The translations under genes and the position numbers were made by a program. 64,000 bases of DNA from the human T2T-CHM13v2.0 reference genome, Homo sapiens: the NCBI RefSeq assembly GCF_009914755.1, contig NC_060928.1; one strand, given 5' to 3'. Positions within the stretch are counted from its first letter, which is position 1. Each line of letters begins with the position of its first letter. This document shows positions 1 to 12,925 of this stretch, piece after piece. The notes beneath the pieces were generated by a model that saw only the letters and a list, made by a program, of their open reading frames with translations, did no database searches and was not told the DNA's origin.

Positions 1-269
1 TTCCCATGGAGCTTGGAGCGCCCAGCATAGGGCTTTATTGTTGTTTTGAGGCAAGAAAGAAGTTTTCAGAAGCCATACTTTGTGCTGATTCATGTTTCAC
101 CCTTGTGCCTACAAAGTCTCCCTCAAATGGGTATCCTGGTCCTCTTGCATGCCTCTGATGATGGGATGCTCACTACTTCCCAGTGCAGCCCCCCTTCATT
201 GCAGGGGCTCATCACCAAGACTGCAGGGGAGGAGACTCAGAGCTCCCGTCTGTCCTGCTGTCTCCACCT

Positions 270-370
270 ATGAGTGTTTACTGAGCACCTGCTACATGCC
301 AGGCCCTGTGCCAGGGCTGGGAGGGAGGAAGGGGCTTGCGGAGGGGCTGCCCTTTCAGGGGATGGAGCTC
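270..370 (-). mobile_element. L2 3'-end fragment
   Basis: tttactgagcacctgctacatgccaggccctgtgccagg matches the antisense L2 3' end. Confidence 0.5.
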
Positions 371-1420
371 AGGGCTGGCTTGGCTGTGACAAGACCATGA
401 TGCAGGTTTGACACTCCTAAAGGAGAAAGGAATTGGGTGGGAGGAGCCTCAGTCACAGGTGGCAGCTGAGACAAAGGCCACCCATGCAGGGAGCTGGGAC
501 CAAGCTGGGACCCCCTGGGAAAAGCAGCCCTGGGGTGAGCCCCTCAGCCTCCAGCTTCCTCCGCACAGGTCCCCACGGCAGCCACAGTGAGGGTCCTCTG
601 TCCTCCGTGGGGAGGGCCACGTACCCGGCATGATGGCAGCAGCTGGTGGTGCATGTCTAATATATGGCAGCTCAAGGAGATCAGCCTCTCAGCGGCCCCA
701 GAGCAGCGCTCGGCGAGGGTGGGGACTGAAGCACCCCCATTTTATAGGAGAGGAGCAAGGCTTGGGGGTCGAGGGGACCTGTCCAGGTAGGATGTGAACA
801 CTGCTGCTTCACTAGCCTGTAAGACGCCCACGCACAGTCTGCAGCGCCTCCCAGCCCTGGGCGGTGAGAATCGGAACAACCCGAGCAAGCACAGCCCCGG
901 GGCGGGGGTGAAGAGGGACCCCACCCAGCTGGCCCAAGGCAATGCCTCCTTACACCCGCCTAGAATAGGATCCTAAGCCTAGAATACACTGCGGGTGCAG
1001 CCTGCCCGCTGCATGAAGGATGGGCCCTGGCTTCCTAAGGCACGGACCTGGAGCACTTGATCCCGTGATGGATCAGGGGCTCCCGGACAGCTGCCCTGGG
1101 CTGACGGTTCCCGGGGTGGACAGCATCAGCCGGGGCTGGGCACACAAGGGGGAATTCAGTCCAGGAGGTTGGAGCGATGCGTGAGTGAAGAATGAATGAG
1201 TGAGGGAATGAATGATAGTTCAGGCGGTGGCCAGCAGTGCACCAGCTTCCCTCAGAGCTCCCTGCGCCCGGCCTGCCCATGCCCTCGCCTTCCTTTTCTC
1301 GTCTCTGCCTCTCCCACCCTTGTCACAGGCTGTCCCCTTCTCAGAGGCACTCGGAGTGCCCCTGAGTCTCCTCTCATTCCAGGAGGCTGAGCTGGACTCC
1401 CCGGAGCCTTGGGGTGGGGA

Positions 1421-1589
1421 GGGGCTTGGTGGGGGAGCTGGGGGCGGGGCCAGCCTTCCTTCTGGCTTGGATGCGCCCTTCCCAGTGACTCCATCACCTC
1501 ATCAGCAAAGCCAGGGAGGCAGTGACACAGGTGCTGCTCCATGCGTGTGGGGGCTTGTCTCATCAGCTGGCACAGGCATGTGAGGACAC
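1421..1589. repeat. Diverged ~170-bp local duplication, copy A
   Basis: Shares ggtgggggagc.ggggcggggccagcc, ctcatcagcaaagccagggaggcag.gacac and caggcatgtgaggac with 2261-2432. Confidence 0.9.
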
Positions 1590-2134
1590 GCAATAGGACA
1601 GGCCGGTCGGGTGAGGTGGGGTGAGTCTGGGACAGGCGATGGGGGCCCCTCGGGGCCTGAATGTTGGCCGACGGGCCCCTGGGACAGGTGCAGGGGGCAG
1701 TGCATCCTCTCCCCGCTCCCCAGTGCAGCCACAGAAACAGCAATAAAAGCCTTTTTGTTGCCTTTCCAGCCCAGACAAAATCAATAAATTCTGGAAACAT
1801 GAGAACAGCTGACCTTTGAGATTTCTAGCAAACCTTCAAAGAGGAAATGTGGTTCGGGCTCCGGCTCAGAGCTCAGCACCAAGTCCAAGGCGCTGGGAAC
1901 CTCCGCATAGGCCCAACTTGGGTCCTGCACTGTCACAGGGGTGAGACCCCAATCCTGCACGTGCTTCTCAGGCAGGCCTCACTCATGTGGATTCCAGAAA
2001 GTTCCGTGGATGGAACCTGCTCTTTCTGTGGTGAACGCCAGTATTGCTTTAGCTGTGTCTCAGCTGTTCCTTCTCCTCTAGAGAGTTCTCCAGCAGCTGC
2101 GAATTTGGAGCATGATCGGCTGGGGCGAGGACAG

Positions 2135-2200
2135 CACCACTTTGCAGATGGGGAAACTGAGGCCCTGAGTAGGCGGGATTTGGGGTTGATGCCAAGCTGC
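2135..2200 (-). mobile_element. MIR core fragment
   Basis: tttgcagatggggaaactgaggc is the antisense MIR core. Confidence 0.55.
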
Positions 2201-2260
2201 TTGGGCCTGATTCTCGGTTCACTGGGATTCACCCACCTGGGCCTTGGTGCAATTTCCAGA

Positions 2261-2432
2261 GGTTTGGTGGGGGAGCCGGGGGCGGGGCCAGCCCTGCTTC
2301 TGTCTTGGATATGAGCACCCCGGCAACTCTGTGGTCTCATCAGCAAAGCCAGGGAGGCAGCGACACTTGCGGGTCCCACTCGATGATTGTGGGGTCCTGT
2401 CTCATCAGCCTGAGCAGGCATGTGAGGACCAC
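2261..2432. repeat. Diverged ~170-bp local duplication, copy B
   Basis: Colinear with 1421-1589 at an offset of ~840 bp. Confidence 0.9.
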
Positions 2433-2501
2433 TCCCCCAGCAGTAACCCAGGTCGCTGCAAGTGGCTATGGCATTCACTTTTGCCCAGGTGCCCAATTCA
2501 G

Positions 2502-2815
2502 TTATTTATTTATTTAGAGACAGGGTCTGTTTTTTTTGCCCAGGCTGGGGTGCAGTGGTACTATCAGGATTCACTGCAGCCTCAACCTTCCAGGCTCAAG
2601 CGACCCTCCTCCTACCTCAGCCTCCTGAGTAGCTGGGACCGTAGGCATGTGCAACCATGCGGGCTAATTTTTATATTTTTTTGGTAGAGATAGGGTTGCA
2701 CCATGTTGCCCAGGCTGGTCTCCAGCCTCTGGGCTCCTGGAATCCTCCTGCTTCGGCCTCCCAAAGTACTGGGATGACAGTGCTGGGATTACAGGCATGA
2801 GCCATGCACCTGGCC
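2502..2815 (-). mobile_element. AluJ SINE
   Basis: Antisense dimeric Alu with (TTTA)n tail. AluJ-type cactgcagcctcaacc...ggctcaagcga. Small internal duplication agtactgggatgac/agtgctgggattac. Confidence 0.95.
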
Positions 2816-2924
2816 ATAATGTGGTTATGGATTGAGCTCCCACAAAGCGATGGTCATGCTCAGGGCTGAGGAGGGGCAGCCAGGGCCAGCCATGATCCCT
2901 GTGCTCTATGAATAGGACTCTATG

Positions 2925-3125
2925 GAGGGTGGGATGGAAGGGAAAGGGAAAAGACAGAGATGGAGACTGCCCCCCAACCCCAGGCTAATGACCGGACTCC
3001 TGCAGGAGGGGGTGGACTTGGGAGAAAGGCGAGGAGGCTTCTTGAGCTTTGAGTGTGAAGCTCGGAGAGAAGTCCAGCCCAGAGAGAATTTTGGGAGCCC
3101 TGAGCACAGATGGGGCCTCCTGCAG
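2925..3125 (-). mobile_element. L2 fragment
   Basis: gagagaagtccagcccagagagaattttgggagccctgagcacagatgg resembles antisense L2. Confidence 0.45.
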
Positions 3126-3834
3126 GTTGGTGTCATCTGCAGTGCCGAGAAATGCAATGCTGCTGTTCAGGCAGCCGCTCCCTTCCCCGGGAGAAGCAGA
3201 GGCCACGCAGACCCAGGCTGGCAGCCCAGGGCCACAAAGAGGGCTGGCGACGTGCTGGGCACAGAGCTGAGTGGCCACCTGCTGGTGCTGCCTGGACAGC
3301 CTTCTGCATTTTCACTGTGCCAGGCCTGGCTGCAGCCAAGGCTGCCAGCCAATCAGTGCTGGGGGCAAAGGTTCAGCTCTTCCATCTCACAACCACTCCC
3401 TGGCCTGTTTCCATCGCTGCAGTGCTGTGTGCCAGGTCCCTCCTGGAAAGTGGGTTTCTGAACATCCAAGCAGAGAGAGAAAGAGGAGGGTAGGCGGGGC
3501 TCCACAAGTAGGGCCCAAGCCTTTTTTGCACCATCCCTGCAGAGTGGGAGAGAGCTGCCTGCCCTCAGGAGAGAGCCCCAGGGAGGGAAGGAGCCTCCTG
3601 CAGCCTTGACCAAGCAAGCTGAGATGCCTGGAGGCCCAGCTGGCCTCCTCCCACCTGGAGCACATACGCACTGGAAGCAGCCTCCCCACAAACTCGCGGG
3701 AAATTGGGGGCTGGACCCAGAGGCAGGGGACCAGGCCAGCTTCACCCCAGGCCACTTTCTGCCTGGCTACACGCAAACCGATTGATGCTCAAGAGCAGCA
3801 AAAACCTCGTGTCTTTACCAACCAGCTTTTGTAT

Positions 3835-4505
3835 GTTTTAATTAATGATGAACTTTATGTCTTAAGAAGGTTTAGGTTTACAGAAAAAGGAAAAAAAATG
3901 AGAAAATCATAGAGAGGGTTCCTATGTGCCCCCGTTTCCCTCATGTCGAGCATCTGGTACTGAGGAGGTACCAGCTGATGAGCCGATACTGATGTGGCGT
4001 CATTAACCGAAGCCCACAGTTCACATTAGGGTTGATTTTGGTGTTGGATATTCTCTGGGTCTGGACACATATATAGTAGCATGCATCCACTATTATAATA
4101 CCGTGCAGAGCAGTGACACTGCCCTAAACATCACTGTCCCCCGTGGGGCTCTGCTGACTCACCCCTCCCTCCCCCTCCCCTCTGGCAACCGCTGATCTTT
4201 TTACCATAGTGCTACCGAAGTCTCCACAGTGCTGCCTTTTCCAGAATGTCCCCTAGTTGGAATCCTGCAGTGTGGCCTCTTCAGACTTGCTCTTTTCACT
4301 TAGCAACATACGTTTAGGGCTCCTCGTGTGTCTTCATGGCTTGAAAGCGCATGAATAATGTTCGATTATCGGGATGTAGCACAGTTTGTTTATCCACTCA
4401 CATGCTGAAGGACATCGTGGTTGCTTCCAAGTTTTGACAATCACTAATAAAGCTGCTATAAAGCTGAGTGCAGCTTTCTGTGCAGACACAAGCTTTTAAC
4501 TCTTC
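3835..4505 (-). mobile_element. L1MC-type LINE 3' UTR
   Basis: tttaggtttacagaaaa...cacagttcacattagggttg...ccactattataataccgtgcagagcagtgacactgccctaaa...ttttcacttagcaacatacg...aataaagctgctataaa follows the antisense L1MC 3' end. Confidence 0.85.
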
Positions 4506-6039
4506 TTCAGTTTTGCCTCATCAAGACTTCCCTTGTGGTCCTGGAGACTTGAAGATGAAAGAGGCCTCGGGGGCAGTCCCTGAAGGCCGCGCCCTGGGGC
4601 AGGGCGGACACAGCCCTGGACAATGGGCCTGCTGTCTGGGGAGGGTGGCGAGGAGGCCGTGCCTCGGCCCAGGAAGGGCTTCCTGGAGGCAGTGTCAGGA
4701 GCTCGGGGAATGAGCCAGGGTCGAGCAGGTGGAAAGGGAGAGAAGAGCCCGGGAGAGGCCTCAGGTGAGCATGCATGTGGTGGGTGGTACGGAGCGGGGC
4801 AAGGGTGGGTGTGGGACGTCCACACCCTGCGGGCGCCAAGAACCACGTTAGGAAGGCCGGGCTTTCTCCAGGCAGATCAGACGTGGTTCAGCTTCCTGAG
4901 GGGGTGGATGGAGAGCTGGGCTGGGGTAAGGTGGGTGGCCACAGGGAATGGGGATGGAGGTGGCTGGGGTTGTATCTGTTGAGTGAAAGCCACGGGCTGT
5001 GCTTCTGAGATGCTCCCTGTGTTTCTGAGATGACATAAAGCACTGGCCCCTGGGGCTCCATCTGGCCCCAGCCCTCCAGCTCCTGCCCCTCCTGCCCCTC
5101 CAGCTCCTGCCCCTCTGCTGTTTCTGGACACAGCAGAGCAGGAAGGCAGGCCATGTCACGGTGGCGTGGACACCACACACACTGCTCATCTGGAGCCTGG
5201 CACCAGGACTCAGGCTGGAGGGCTTGGGAGCAGGCAGCTTACTGGGAGGTGGCCCCAGGGGGCACAGGCAGGGAGGGAGGACAGTGAGCTGGGAAGAGAA
5301 GGCGAGGCATTTGGGCTTGGGTCCCGGCAGGGGAGGGGTGGTCCAAGGCCACACCAAGCACAGGTCAGGTTCATTCCTCGGTGTGTCACGGGACAGCGTG
5401 CCATGGGATGTGGTGGTAAGAGGGTGTCAGAACTTGTAGGGTTTGGGCTTCGGTTGGGCAATGTGAGGAGGGCTGAGGCAGCAGTGGGGTTGTCTCCAGA
5501 CCAGATGCGGTCGGAAGCGGCAGTTCCGTGATGGGCATCTACTCAGTCGCGTCTGCAGGGAAGGAGGCCTGCAGCGGGGTAAAGTGGCAATTGGGCAAGT
5601 CCTGGGCCCTCCTTTAGCGCAGGAGAGGTGGCATTTTGAGGGTGGCACTGAAGCCTTGGCCTTGCTTAAAGTGGGTGTCCTTCAAGCTCGTTCCCGTCCT
5701 GCGAGAGGATGCAACTTTGCTGTCAGGTCGGTCTCTGGGTGGCAGAGGCTGCCTCTGAACCTTCCCACCTGGGTCGGGGAGCTGGTGTTTCTCTGCTGAT
5801 TTTTCATTGGCCCAGGCCTTCCAGGCTGTGCACAGTGTGCTGGACATGCTCTGAGGCGCTGCAAAAGGAAAGAGCCTTGAGGAGGTGCTGGGGGCCACCT
5901 GGGAGGTGAACCCCACGGAGAGCCAAGGGCATGGGGGGCAGGGGAAAGGGGGTGAAAGTGGCCACCTGGCCCAGCAGCTCCTCTAAGGGGCCATCCTAGC
6001 TTCCTCCTTCCTGTCCTGTCACCGTTTTCCTCCATCCCC

Positions 6040-6475
6040 GTAGAGGGGTGAATAATGTCCCCTCCCAATTCACGTCCATCTGGAGCCTCAAACTGTGGTC
6101 TTCTGTGGAGGTCTGGTCTCTGCAGATGTAATCAGGTAAGATGAGTTTATACTGGATGAGGGTGCACCCTAAACCCAACAACTGGTGTCTTTATAAGAAG
6201 AAAAGACAGAGACTCAGAGACATGGGGAGGAGGCCACGCGGAGATGGAGGCAGAGGCTGGAGCAATGCACCCAAAAGCCAAGGAACGCCTGGACCCACTA
6301 GGAGCTGGAGAGGCAGGAGGTAGCCTCCCTGGAGTCTCTAACACCTTGGGAGTGAGGCTCTGACCACACCTGGATCTCAGACTTCTGGCCTCCAGAACAC
6401 ATGAAAAGACATCTCTGCTGTTTGAAGGCCCCAGTTTGTGATCATCTGTGAAGGCAGCCCCAGGAAATTAATGCA
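6040..6475 (+). mobile_element. MLT1C-like MaLR solo LTR
   Basis: tgcagatgtaatc...ggtgtctttataagaag...agccaaggaacgcc...gacttctggcctccagaac...gcagccccaggaaattaatgca. Confidence 0.85.
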
Positions 6476-7682
6476 GGCCTCCAGGGTCCCAGCCCCCCAA
6501 GTCTACCTTCCTGGGTCCCCTCAACCCTGCTTCACGTGTTCTTCTAACTTGAGCCCACAACTGCTCCACCTCAGACCCCGGTGAGCCCACCAGTCCTGCT
6601 CAGAACTGTCCCAGCCCTTTCCGCCTCCATTCCCCCCTTCCCCAACCCCAGCCAGGCCTGCCCACCCTCACACCGTACCCCCTGGGGACTGGCCGGGCTC
6701 GCCTGGTTCTCCATCGCTGCTTCCAGGCCCTGCACCCCACTCCTCAGGGCCCAGACCTACTCCCCAATCCCCATGGCTGCCACCCCCATCATGCCCTCAT
6801 CCCTGGAGGCCGGCACCTGGCTTGCTGCCTTCTACAGCCATAGCCATCCACACTGCAACCTGTGCAGAATGGGATGGCCATCCTTATCTCTCCATCTCAA
6901 AGTCTTCTCCAGATGGCTCAGAGTCAAAGAGGAAGTGAATCTCAAATTAAAGGCATTTAAAGTAATGATAATAACCCTCCCATCAAGATGAACTTCGAGG
7001 TTGGGGATCTTTTGTCCACAGCTGTGTCCTCGCGCCTGGCGCAGTGCCTGTGATGGACGCGTCCAGGAGTGGATCAATTTTCCCTTTTCCAGCCAGGGGA
7101 CCTGGGCTTGGAGATGGGGTAACTCGCCCATAACAGCTGGACCTGGCTGGCTCCTGACTTCAGTCCGAGCTTTCCTAAGTTAGGCAGCACCGTTCCGGCC
7201 AGACCAGGCCAGCTTTACTTCCTGCAGCTGCTCTGAGATGGCCCCAGGGCCCATAGAGGGAGATGGCGGCTTGGGCGTAGACCTGGCATGAGGCTGGCAC
7301 CTGGTGCTGCCCCTAGTGTCCCTGCTCAGCAATCACGCTGCCCTCTCAGGGTGGTGAAGCCCCCAGAACCCTCATCCTCTGAGCTGCTCCAGCTCACCTG
7401 ACCTGGGAAAGCCTGTTGCTGTGATCTCTGACTGCCTTGCCAGCTTCTGTGGAGGAGGTTGTGTCTCTAATGGAGCACCCCAAGACTCCAGGCCCAGGAA
7501 GTGCAGGTGTGGGGTCCCTCCTCCCACCTCATCATGATGCTATAATGGCTTCCTTCCCTACATCCTCAGCCGCCCACCTGGAGCTCTGTGCTCCTCTCTC
7601 CTTTGTTCCCTCCCCGTCCCTTTCTCCCCATGCACGCAGCCCTGCCCTGCCCTGCTAGCTGGCTTCACTTTATACCTAGGAC

Positions 7683-7780
7683 CACACACACACACATGCA
7701 TACATGCACATGCACACCCAGGCACACACACATACGTGCACGCACACACGCATAGCTGCACACACACATGTATGCACACA
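7683..7780. repeat. Degenerate (CA/TA/CG)n alternating purine-pyrimidine tract
   Basis: cacacacacacacatgcatacatgcacatgcacac... Confidence 0.85.
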
Positions 7781-8554
7781 GTTCTGTGTGGCAAACCTTC
7801 CTCCCCTCTCCCAGGAAAAAGAACACTTCTCTCCTCTCCTGTCTGCACATGCAGGTCTTGACCTTCCTGCTCATGTTTCCTGAGGACAGAGGCCATTGGA
7901 TGGAACAGCCTGGGCCTGTCTCCCACCCACCCTCAAAGGCCATGCCCTGCCTATCCCTCGCCCTAGCTCCTGCACCCTCCCTTCCCATAACTGCCATTCC
8001 TATTTGTCCACCTTCATCTCCCCATCAACCCTTCCTAGGCCCTAAAGATGCCAACTGCAGCCCCACACGAAGCTCTTACTGCACCCCCCAGGTGAGGAAA
8101 CTGAGGCACAGAGGTCTGGAGCCCAGGCTCCCTCTTAGGGATTTCACCCAGGAGGCTGTACCCAGGGAGTGCGGGACCCCTGGACAAGCCATCCCCCTGT
8201 GGCCCCCTAGGCTCTGCCATTCTTTTCTTCACAGCAGGTCTTCTTGAAAGAGAAGGGGTTTGTCTGAGCCCCGTCTGCCCTCACCTTCCCTGGTACCCTC
8301 TGGCCAGACGTTTATCAAGGCCCACAGCAACCCTGGGCCACCAAGCCTGGCCACCACGCCTGGCACCTCTGTGTGCTGGCGTCTCGAATGCCCTCACCTG
8401 GATGCTCGCCCTGTCCTCCTGCACAGGTTCCTTCTGGGTGTCTGGGGCCCTGCGGCCCCTCCCTTACCCCACCTGAGTTGCTGATTCCTCTGGGGGTTGG
8501 GGCCCCAGAGCTCAGTGCTGCTCCTCCTGAGACCCCCTGCACACCACACAAGGG

Positions 8555-8825
8555 CCCCATATTTGCGTGCCTGGCCCTGGCTGTTGGGAACGACCTCCAT
8601 CCCTGCACCTCCACTCACCACCCTGACACCTCTCCCTGGCTGTCCAACAAGCCCCTCCGACAGCTGAGTCCAAAGCCTGCTCCCCCAAAACATCCTGCTG
8701 CCCTCGCCTTCCCTCTCAGCCCCTGGTGTCTGCCGCCACCAACACTGACATGTTGGCGTCTCGGAGTCTCCTCCCTTCCTCTCATGCTCCTCACCATCTA
8801 GTCCCCAGCTCCAACATACTCTGAA
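8555..8825 (+). mobile_element. L2 fragment (sense)
   Basis: tgacacctctccctggctgtccaacaagcccctccgacagctgagtccaaa resembles L2 gacatctccacttggatgtctaataggcatctcaaacttaacatgtccaaa. Confidence 0.5.
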
Positions 8826-8874
8826 GGCTTGAAGGGACAGCCAGAGGGTTTGGGAGGGAAGCGCCCATGATGTC

Positions 8875-9115
8875 TCACGGCTGGAGCACCTGGCAGGTGG
8901 GGGTGCCCTTTAGGGAGATGGGGGGCTGCAGGAGGGAGACATGAGGATGAGGAGAGGTCTGGAGCTGGTTCTGCCATGCTGAGCGGGAGGTGCCTGAGCT
9001 GCCTGCAAACCAGCAGGTGAGCTTCACAGAAGGCTGAGTGGAGCTGTCCGCGCAAGGGTGGTGCTGAAGGCGCAGGCATGCCTGGCCTCCCTGGCAGCAG
9101 GTCATCAGCGCAGGC
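8875..9115 (-). mobile_element. L2 fragment (antisense)
   Basis: ggctggagcacctggcaggtgggggtgccctttagggagatgggg...gccatgctgagcgggaggtgcctg resembles antisense L2. Confidence 0.45.
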
Positions 9116-9662
9116 AAGGGCGCTCCAGGCAGCCACTGGCGTCTCTGGACTCAGTTGGAGCAGAGACATGGAACGTATGATGGTAGCGCCCCTCACATCC
9201 CGAGTTCCTAAGTCAGGGGGCCCACCAGCCCAAAAGGGAGCCACTGTTCTCCCCAGTTGACCAGTGTGCACACAGCAGTGGGGGAAGCACTGCTCACCAT
9301 AGGGTGACCAAGGGGCCATCCCAGACCCCAACCCTACATTCAGGAGACTTCCCACCACCCTTTACCTCAGCTTCCCGTTCATGGAAGAAGGCTCACACCC
9401 TGTCAATGCCTGCTGGAAACATGTGTGTGAGTCGGCAGAATGGCTGGTGGGTACCATCTGCTCCCACCCTTCCACTGGCCCTTTCAGTACGTGCATTTCT
9501 GAAAATGCCTGTGTCCTGCATGCCTCTGTTCCTTCCAACATAAATCCTGGCTTAGCCTAAGTCAGCCATGGGCAGGGACAGCCCTTCAATTTCAGTAGGA
9601 AATGAGATTGTCGTGAGCTGATATGGGTTTGCAGTCGTGGGCACCAGATCAGAGGACGAGGA

Positions 9663-9770
9663 ATGTGCATGTAGGTGTGTGTTGGGGTGGGTGTTGTGCC
9701 CACTCCTGTGGTATGCACACATGTGTGTGCTGTGGAGCAGGTGTGTGGGCACAGGTATACATCTAGACAT
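9663..9770. repeat. Degenerate (TG)n tract
   Basis: atgtgcatgtaggtgtgtg...tgcacacatgtgtgtgc. Confidence 0.6.
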
Positions 9771-10044
9771 ATAAATAAAGCATTTCTTCAGGTCACATGT
9801 CCAAAGGCAAGATGCAGACAGCATTTTCAGTTTTTATTTTTCTCAAAAAGACCCACATAAAGAAAGACTTCTCTTGATGAACTGTAGAGGGCTTGCCCTG
9901 GGAAGGCAAGCCTGAAGGGGGCGCTGCAGGGTCTAATTCATGTTCCCAGCACAACAGAGCTGATCTCTCCACCACCTGATGAGAGTTGCTGCTGGGTTTT
10001 CCTGAGTGTCAGATCGGGGGTGTCCAAAGGCATCCGTGGGGCTC

Positions 10045-10159
10045 CTCACTCTTCTCTCTTCAACTCTCCTCTCCTCTGTCTCCTTCCCTCTCTCTCTTTG
10101 CTCTTTTCCTCCCCTCTGCCTCTCCCTCAGTTCTTGCATTCTGATTATTTTTTTTTTTT
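10045..10159 (+). repeat. CT-rich polypyrimidine tract followed by a T run
   Basis: ~85 nt of almost only C/T ending ...ctcag at 10130, then a poly-T run. Confidence 0.8.
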
Positions 10160-11117
10160 GCGGGAGTTGGTATAGATAAGCAGTATCAGATCAGCCTCTT
10201 TCCCAAGGACAGCTGGGCTTGGTGAGGTCTGGGGCCAGAGTCAGCTTCGGGAGGTAAAAACAGCCAGGGAAAACCTTCACGTTTGTCTCTAACTTTCCAT
10301 AGCTGGAATATCAGGTTAAAATTAATTTCACAGTCAGCTGTGATGGGAGCGGGTTTCAGTCTGGCAGTGTTCAATAGGTTTCCAGTTGCACACTGGGGTC
10401 CATGGGAATAATGCCACAATCGACTAGTGATGCCTGCCAAGGGCAGGGAGAGGAGGAGGTGACATGATTGCTATGTGCTGGGTAAGGCCAATTTGGACAT
10501 TGTGGGTGTGGCTAAGAGAGAGGCGAGGGCCACCCTGGTTACATGTGACATCCCAAAGCCTTCACTATTCCTAGAGCCATCTTGCAGCCCGTCCTTCAGA
10601 CATGTGCTGCTTCCCTCAGCCCTTCCCTTGACATGTGCTGCTTCCTCCACCCTCTGCCTGGTGACCTCACTCATCCTTCAGTGTCCAGCACAAGGGGCCC
10701 CTCCCATGTGCCACCCTGTACCATGCAGACACCAGCCACCTGGACCCTCTGCACTGTCTGCTGCTGGCCAGGGGCCCTATGGCTAACTCTTAGTGCTTGG
10801 TGCCCTCGACTCTGGCATCAGGCAGTGGCTCTGAGCCTGTGGGATGAATGGAACTGAGTGATGTTCTCTCAGACTCTCCTGCCTCACAGTCAGGGCCTAG
10901 CAAATGGGAAAGGGGCCTCTGCCCCATTTCCAGCAAGCAACAGAGGTGTTGGGCTTCACAGAGACAAAAGGAAAGCTTGGCTCCTGCCCCAGGTCCACCT
11001 TTTCAGGGGCATCAGGAAATGGCAAAGTTGGATATCATGGACTGGCACCATTAGAATGCCCAGGAAAGTGGCATCAAGTTACCACAGATTGCTAGGGTAT
11101 TTTTAATCAGTTTTGAA

Positions 11118-12925
11118 AACAACATCAAGGTACATTTCAGAGGAAAGCATGTTATCAGAGATGAAAAGATGAATCATGATAATGAATCATTTCATAATGA
11201 CTAAGAGATCAATTCAATAAGAAAACAGAACAATCTTAAATGTATATGCACATAACAACAGAGCTTAAAGTAAATAAAGTGAAAATAAATAAAACGGATA
11301 TAACTAAATGGAGAAATAGAAACTCCACAATGATGGTCTGGGATTTCACTACACCTTTCTCAGTAATTAATAGAACAAGTAAGCCCAAAACCAATAAAGA
11401 AATAGAAGACTTGAATAACACTATCACCAACGTGACCTGATTGACATTTATACACATGCTACCACCACCAGAAGAACGTACATTCCTTTCAAGTGTATAC
11501 TGAACAATGACATTAGACCATATTCTGTGTTATAAAAACAAGTATTACTAACTTCGAAATGATACAAATCATACAAAATATGTTCTCTGACCACAATGTA
11601 ATTAAGTCAGAAATCAATAACAGAATTATATCTCAAAAGAAAATCTCAAAATTTTTGGAAACAATTGATACACTTCTAAAGAACCCATGGGCTAAAGAAA
11701 ATATCAAAATGGAAAATTGAAGATATTTTTAACTGGATGAAAATAAAAACACAACATATTAAAAATGGTGGAATGTTGCTTAAACAGTGCTTAGAGGGAA
11801 ATGCATAACACTACATGCTTAGACTAGAAAAGAAGAAGGTCTCCAATCAATGATCTTAGATTTCACCTCAGGAAACTAGCAAAAGAAGGGCAAATTAAAC
11901 CCAAAGTAGACAGGAGAAAATAAATAAAGAGCAGATCAGAAGTCAGTGAAATAGAAAACAGAAGAACAATAAAGAAAATCAATAAAACCAAAACCAATTA
12001 CTTGAGAAAATGAATAAAACTGATAAATCTCTAGCAGACTGATAGAACAAAGAAGAAGAAATAAATCACCAGTTTCAGGAATGAAATAGGTGACATCACT
12101 ATAGATCCTACAGATATTGAAAGGATAATAGGGAATGTTATGAGCAACTTTACAATACTTTTGACTCCTAGAAGATATGAACAAATTCTTTGAAAAATAC
12201 AAACTATCAAAGCTTACTAAAGAAGAAATTGGTAACTGGAATAGCACTGTAAGTGTTAAAGAAATTGGATTTGTGGTAAAACACCTTCCCACAAAGAAAA
12301 CTACAGGCCCAGATGGCTTCCCCAATGTTTGCATTGTACCAAAGATTTCAATAAAAATAATACCAGCTGTACACAAACACTGCTAGGAAATAAGAGAGGA
12401 GAGAATAAATATTAACTTGTCCTATGAGACTAATATTACCCTGATACCAAAAGCAGACAAAGACATTACAAGAAAAGATAATTAGCGACCAATATCTCTC
12501 ATTAACACAGATGTAAACATTTTCTAACAAAATGTTATCAAGCTGAATCCAGTAATATGTAAAGAGGATGATACATCATGGCCAAGTGGGTTTTATCGCA
12601 AGAATGCAAGGTTGGTTTAACATTCAAATATCAGTCAATGTAACTCAACATGTTAGCAGGCTACAAAAGAAAAACCACATGACCATCTCAATAGATTCAG
12701 AGATGCATTGGACAAAATCCAACATCCATTTCTGACTGAAAAAAAAAAAAAACCCTTAGCAAATTAGGAATTAGGGGATTTCCTTAACCCAATGAAGGGG
12801 ATTTATGAAAAGCCTACAGCTGACATACTTAATGGTGAAAGACTGAATGCTTTTCTCCTTAGATCAGGAGCAAGTCAGGGATAGACTCCCTCACCCAGGT
12901 CAAATTTTAACAACATCGTGTTGCT
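11118..12925 (+). mobile_element. Old L1 (L1M) ORF2 fragment, endonuclease to start of RT, frameshifted
   Basis: A-rich. ORF pieces DFTTPFSVINRTSKPKTNKEIEDLNNTI and MNKFFEKYKLSKLTKEEI...LPTKKTTGPDGF match L1 ORF2p motifs. Many stops. Confidence 0.95.

Noticed and set aside
1742-1788. Two AATAAA hexamers 41 bp apart
   Set aside because: No upstream exon evidence; the hexamer alone is insufficient.
8555-9115. Adjacent oppositely oriented L2 fragments as a possible hairpin
   Set aside because: The copies are too diverged to pair extensively.
11240-12386. ORFs with endonuclease/RT-region similarity
   Set aside because: They are fragments of a dead L1 ORF2 with many stops and frameshifts, not a gene.
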